IMG/VR virus record: IMGVR_UViG_3300044639_002137
DNA length: 20,000 bases
Reading direction: 5' to 3' (one strand)
Origin: an uncultured virus (IMG/VR IMGVR_UViG_3300044639_002137)
Taxonomy: Duplodnaviria; Heunggongvirae; Uroviricota; Caudoviricetes
Made by a program: the position numbers and the translations under genes. Below are positions 16,883 to 20,000 of the stretch, piece after piece (the first letter of the stretch is position 1; each line of letters starts with the position of its first letter). The notes under the pieces were generated by a model, which was not told where the DNA came from, made no database searches, and was given only the letters and a program-made list of their open reading frames with translations.

Positions 16883-17700
16883 TGGCATTTCCAACCTCAC
16901 CAACCAATGGGCAAACAGCAACAGTCAATGGTGTTGTGTACACCTACAATAGTACACTAACAGCCTGGACCGTTGGCACAGAACCTGGCGGAAATGTGTC
17001 AGGCAACGTTTTAAACATAACCGGTAGTGCGTCAATTGGAACTACATTGAGTGCTGTTGGTAATGTTACTGGTAACTATATTCTTGGCAACGGTGCATTG
17101 TTGACTGGTGTTATCACCAGTGTGGCCAACATCAATCTTGGCACATCAAACGTCACAGTTGTCAGTTCCAATGGCAATATCACAATGGGGGTGGGTGGCA
17201 CATCAAATGTTGTGGTGGTAGCAACCACAGGAGCATATGCCACAGGTTTATTGTCAGCCACTGGCAACATCACTGGCAATAACGTATCTATAACAACATC
17301 GCTTGGAGTAGGAACAACACCGTCTGGCACCGCTGGCGAAATACGAGCAACCAATGCAATAACAGCATTCTATTCAGATCGACGATTGAAAACTGAAGTT
17401 GCTCGTGTCACGAATGCACTAGACAAAGTTGACATGATGATAGGTGTGATATACACACAAAACAAATTGGCTGAAACGTATGGATACAACAACTATGATC
17501 ATCAAGTTGGTGTCTATGCGCAGGATGTGGAAAATGCACAACCAGAAGCTGTAAAACCAGCACCGTTTGATATTGCACCAGACGGTACCAGCAAGTCTGG
17601 ACAAAACTATCTAACAGTGCAGTATGAAAAATTGATTCCTTTGTTGATTGAAGCAGTCAAAGAACTCAGGGTCGAACTAAACGCATTGAAGGAAAAATAA
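16882..17700 (+). CDS. Short fibre protein (272 aa) with C-terminal peptidase S74 intramolecular chaperone
   Basis: TAATG overlap and AGGA upstream. MAFPTSPTNGQ N-terminus. GEIRATNAITAFYSDRRLK carries the S-D-x-R-x-K cleavage motif (Ser at 17374), and the terminal LTVQYEKLIPLLIEAVKELRVEL coiled coil is typical of S74 (endosialidase chaperone) domains. Confidence 0.88.
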   Translation: MAFPTSPTNGQTATVNGVVYTYNSTLTAWTVGTEPGGNVSGNVLNITGSASIGTTLSAVGNVTGNYILGNGALLTGVITSVANINLGTSNVTVVSSNGNITMGVGGTSNVVVVATTGAYATGLLSATGNITGNNVSITTSLGVGTTPSGTAGEIRATNAITAFYSDRRLKTEVARVTNALDKVDMMIGVIYTQNKLAETYGYNNYDHQVGVYAQDVENAQPEAVKPAPFDIAPDGTSKSGQNYLTVQYEKLIPLLIEAVKELRVELNALKEK

Positions 17701-18363
17701 ATGGCAGTTACCTTAGGTAATGGAACTGTAACGTTTCCAGACAGCACAACGCAAACCGGTGCATACAGCACCACCACAGATCAAGGTCAATTGATATCTA
17801 TCACCACCTACAGCAGTGGAGTATCAACCTACACTGCCCCTGCCAATTGCAGATTTGTTTTGGTCAAGTTGCAAGCCGGTGGTGGCGGCAGTGCAGGCTA
17901 TTGTGAATCGGGCGGCGCGGGCGGCTATGCTGAAAAGCGAATATTATTGGCAGCAGGAAACACAGTAATAGTTACAGTGGGCAGCGGTGGCGGCGCTGTG
18001 GGATATTATGCAGCCGCAGGCGCCGGCGGTACCACCAGCTTTGGCTCATATGTTACAGCCACTGGCGGAGCAGGAGCTAATTCTCAATATAATCATACAG
18101 GCGGCTCAGGAGGCATTGGCTCGGGCGGCGATACCAATCTAACCGGTGGTGGCGGTTCTGGTCATGCCAATAGCCACGGAAGCGGCGGCATGGGCAAAGG
18201 TGGTGCAGGATTTTATGGCAGCGGCAACGGATGCAGACACCATTACAATCAATTTGTGCCTGTTGGCGCACCGGGCGCAGGCGCACCGGGTGCCAACACC
18301 AACAACGGAACCACCGGAACCACAGGTTGGGCTGGCCTGGTACAAGTTTACGCATACACTTAA
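17701..18363 (+). CDS. Glycine-rich phage protein (220 aa), putative adhesin/fibre-associated; paralog 1
   Basis: N-terminal VTFPDSTTQT, then TYTAPANCRFVLVKLQAGGGGS...GGAGGYAE...VTVGSGG...GGTTSFGSYVTATGG...GWAGLVQVYAY, a typical phage glycine-rich-domain pattern. AAGGA upstream. Confidence 0.8.
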   Translation: MAVTLGNGTVTFPDSTTQTGAYSTTTDQGQLISITTYSSGVSTYTAPANCRFVLVKLQAGGGGSAGYCESGGAGGYAEKRILLAAGNTVIVTVGSGGGAVGYYAAAGAGGTTSFGSYVTATGGAGANSQYNHTGGSGGIGSGGDTNLTGGGGSGHANSHGSGGMGKGGAGFYGSGNGCRHHYNQFVPVGAPGAGAPGANTNNGTTGTTGWAGLVQVYAYT

Positions 18364-18369
18364 TAAATC

Positions 18370-19017
18370 ATGGCAGTATCATTAACAGCAACAGGCATTA
18401 GTTTTGACGGAACAGAACAAACAACCGTTGGCACAGATCTAGGCACCTGTATATCAATAACACAATTTGCTGCCACTGGCAGTTATACTGTGCCTACTGG
18501 AGCTACCAAAGTGCTGGTGCAAGTGGTGGGCGCTGGAGGCGGCGCATCGGGCTATTGTGAATCAGGTGGTGGTGGCGGGTTTGCCGAAGGCATGTTTTCT
18601 ATAGCCGCAGGAACAGTGGTCACAGTCACAGTAGGTGGTGGAGGAACAGCAATATCATATAATGCGGTTGCTGGAACAGGCGGAACCACCAGTTTTGGAG
18701 CATACATCAGTGCCACTGGTGGCCAAGGTGCCAACGGATGGCTAAACCATGCTGGCGGCCAAGGTGGCTTAGGAACAGGTGGTCAAACAAATATCTATGG
18801 AGGCTCGGGTACCGGACATGCTAATCATGGCAGTCATAGTCAAGGTTCTGCAGGCGGCAGCAGTTATTATGGTGGCCCTGGCGGAAAAACACGAGCCAAC
18901 AATACTGATAATTTTAGTGCAGCTCCTGGATCAGGTGCCAGCGGCGGCATTGGTGAAATAGGCACACTGGGTGCCACTGGTGCCGACGGCCTGGCCATAG
19001 TTTATGCATACAAATAA
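18370..19017 (+). CDS. Glycine-rich phage protein (215 aa); paralog 2
   Basis: GSYTVPTGATKVLVQVVGAGGGASGYCESGGGGGFAE...GGTTSFGAYISATGG...GADGLAIVYAY, collinear with the previous gene. Confidence 0.8.
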   Translation: MAVSLTATGISFDGTEQTTVGTDLGTCISITQFAATGSYTVPTGATKVLVQVVGAGGGASGYCESGGGGGFAEGMFSIAAGTVVTVTVGGGGTAISYNAVAGTGGTTSFGAYISATGGQGANGWLNHAGGQGGLGTGGQTNIYGGSGTGHANHGSHSQGSAGGSSYYGGPGGKTRANNTDNFSAAPGSGASGGIGEIGTLGATGADGLAIVYAYK

Positions 19018-19026
19018 CAGTAAATT

Positions 19027-20000
19027 ATGCCAACAATACTAACAACAACTGGAATTCAATTTCCCAACAGTACAACACAAACAACCAATGTGACCGGCAC
19101 CGCTGATCTGGGCGCACTATTATCAGTATCAGCATATCCATCAACTATCACGTCAGGTGGCACAAGTTTTACCTGGACTCCTAGTGTTCCAACCACAAGC
19201 CCGGCCGCTGTAACCTGGAACACCCTTGGCACAGGAATCAGTGTTTCAGGGTCAAGTCCATATACCATCACAGATTCAGTGGCCACACAGGACTGGAATG
19301 GATCTGCTTACAGTACTGAATCAGGAACCAATGTGTTTGCACAAGGAACGCCCAGTCAAACAAATCTTTGGTGGATGATTGGGCTAACCAGAACTCCTGG
19401 GGTTAGCTATACTGCAATTGAATATGCATTGTATTTTAATGAAGACGGTGGCATCTATATCTACGAAAGTGGAAGTTCTATTGGCGGTTTTGGGAAATAC
19501 GACACCACCACAGTGGGTCGAGTAACCTATGATGGCGCCTATATCAGATACTACGCAGATGCAGCAGGAACCCGCCCAATTAGAGTTGTTGCTGTTTCTG
19601 GGCTAACCGGATTAAAAATTCAAGTATCATCGTACGCCGGAGGATCAATGAACAATGTGTATTTTGGGGCATGTACACAAACTCAGGGATCAACAGCAGT
19701 GGTCAAATTAGTGGGTGCAGGTGGCGGAGCAGCGGGTTATTGCGAATCGGGCGCAGCCGGCGGCTATGCTGAGACCAGAATTGACACAACCTCAGTAAAT
19801 TCAGTAGCAGTAACAATTGGTGCTGCTGGTGCTGGTGTCGGATATTATGCAGCCGGTGGCAGTGGCGGCACCACCAGCTTTGGAGCATATGCCACTGCCA
19901 CCGGAGGTGGTGGTTCAAATTCGTATTCTGCGCACTCAGGCGGCTTTGGAGGACTTGGCTCCGGAGGCAACGTAAATCTGCGTGGAGGAGCGGGCAGCGG
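19027..20000 (+). CDS. 3'-truncated glycine-rich protein, paralog 3, with an inserted ~168-aa beta-rich domain (absent from the supplied ORF track)
   Basis: My translation from ATG 19027 is open to the window end: MPTILTTTGIQFPNSTTQTT...FTWTP[insert]GSTAVVKLVGAGGGAAGYCESGAAGGYAETRI...GVGYYAAGGSGGTTSFGAYATATGGGGSNSYSAHSGGFGGLGSGGNVNLRGGAGS. Confidence 0.85.
   Translation, partial: MPTILTTTGIQFPNSTTQTTNVTGTADLGALLSVSAYPSTITSGGTSFTWTPSVPTTSPAAVTWNTLGTGISVSGSSPYTITDSVATQDWNGSAYSTESGTNVFAQGTPSQTNLWWMIGLTRTPGVSYTAIEYALYFNEDGGIYIYESGSSIGGFGKYDTTTVGRVTYDGAYIRYYADAAGTRPIRVVAVSGLTGLKIQVSSYAGGSMNNVYFGACTQTQGSTAVVKLVGAGGGAAGYCESGAAGGYAETRIDTTSVNSVAVTIGAAGAGVGYYAAGGSGGTTSFGAYATATGGGGSNSYSAHSGGFGGLGSGGNVNLRGGAGS

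Larger units (their letters stand above)
1..20000 (+). other. Fragment of a large tailed-phage (probably T4-like myovirus) late structural region: tail fibre/adhesin gene cluster
   Basis: All credible ORFs are co-oriented, overlapping or nearly abutting (TAATG at 6378-6382 and 16880-16884, ATGA at 7867-7870, TAA-ATG at 17698-17703). They encode fibre-type repeats and intramolecular chaperone domains. TATAAATA and AGGAG precede the ORF at 8607. No integrase or host genes are present, so free phage versus prophage cannot be decided. Confidence 0.85.

Noticed and set aside
2305..17150. Invertase-type tail-fibre shufflon
   Set aside because: All shared modules are direct repeats on one strand. 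No inverted cassettes, crossover sites or recombinase gene were seen.
68..17354. Many long minus-strand ORFs rich in LPPV/PVAL repeats (e.g. 464-1021, 10160-10915, 11351-12196, 12254-12949)
   Set aside because: These are shadow ORFs. The in-register antisense of GGN/ACN/AAY/GCN-rich repeat codons rarely gives stops. They mirror the sense repeats exactly and have no independent signals.
4426..18961. Short alternative-frame plus-strand ORFs (4426, 7563, 10822, 11062, 16413, 18146, 18779)
   Set aside because: They lie within or almost entirely within larger, well-supported genes, with no recognisable motifs or ribosome-binding sites.
1..20000. Bacterial adhesin/autotransporter or S-layer locus, or giant-virus origin
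   Set aside because: There are no signal peptides or beta-barrel/anchor domains. The S74/G2 chaperones, fibre motifs, Shine-Dalgarno sites, overlapping genes and T4-type late box favour a tailed phage. A giant-virus origin is not formally excluded without marker genes.
1..20000. Stop-codon reassignment or programmed frameshift
   Set aside because: Genes tile the window under the standard code with TAA/TGA stops followed by plausible starts. No interrupted ORFs need recoding.

Overview
This window is a gene-dense, entirely + strand stretch of what is almost certainly a large tailed bacteriophage genome. The phage is probably T4-like/myovirus-like: a TATAAATA late-promoter box and an AGGAG Shine-Dalgarno sit in the only sizeable intergenic gap, and genes are coupled by TAATG/ATGA overlaps. 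It encodes nine virion fibre/adhesin-type genes. (1) A 5'-truncated giant Gly/Asn/Thr-repeat fibre with four PKD-like domains. (2) A chimeric structural/fibre protein. (3) A tail-fibre chaperone-like protein with an unusual 125-aa tail carrying six M(T/S)xx(Q/E)WLxx(Q/E) motifs. (4-6) Three fibres sharing an N-terminal MAFPTxPTNGQ module and ending in self-cleaving intramolecular chaperones (two peptidase G2-like, one peptidase S74). (7-9) Three paralogous glycine-rich proteins, the last 3'-truncated and carrying an inserted beta-sandwich-like domain. The genes are mosaics of shared modules, with DNA-level similarity between genes. The most interesting inferences are a possible modular, branched fibre plus glycine-rich adhesin system, a strictly conserved 39-aa segment at the fibre tip, and the repeat-tailed chaperone. 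No RNA genes, CRISPR arrays, reverse transcriptase or mobile elements were seen. Family assignments come from motif recognition only and were not database-verified.
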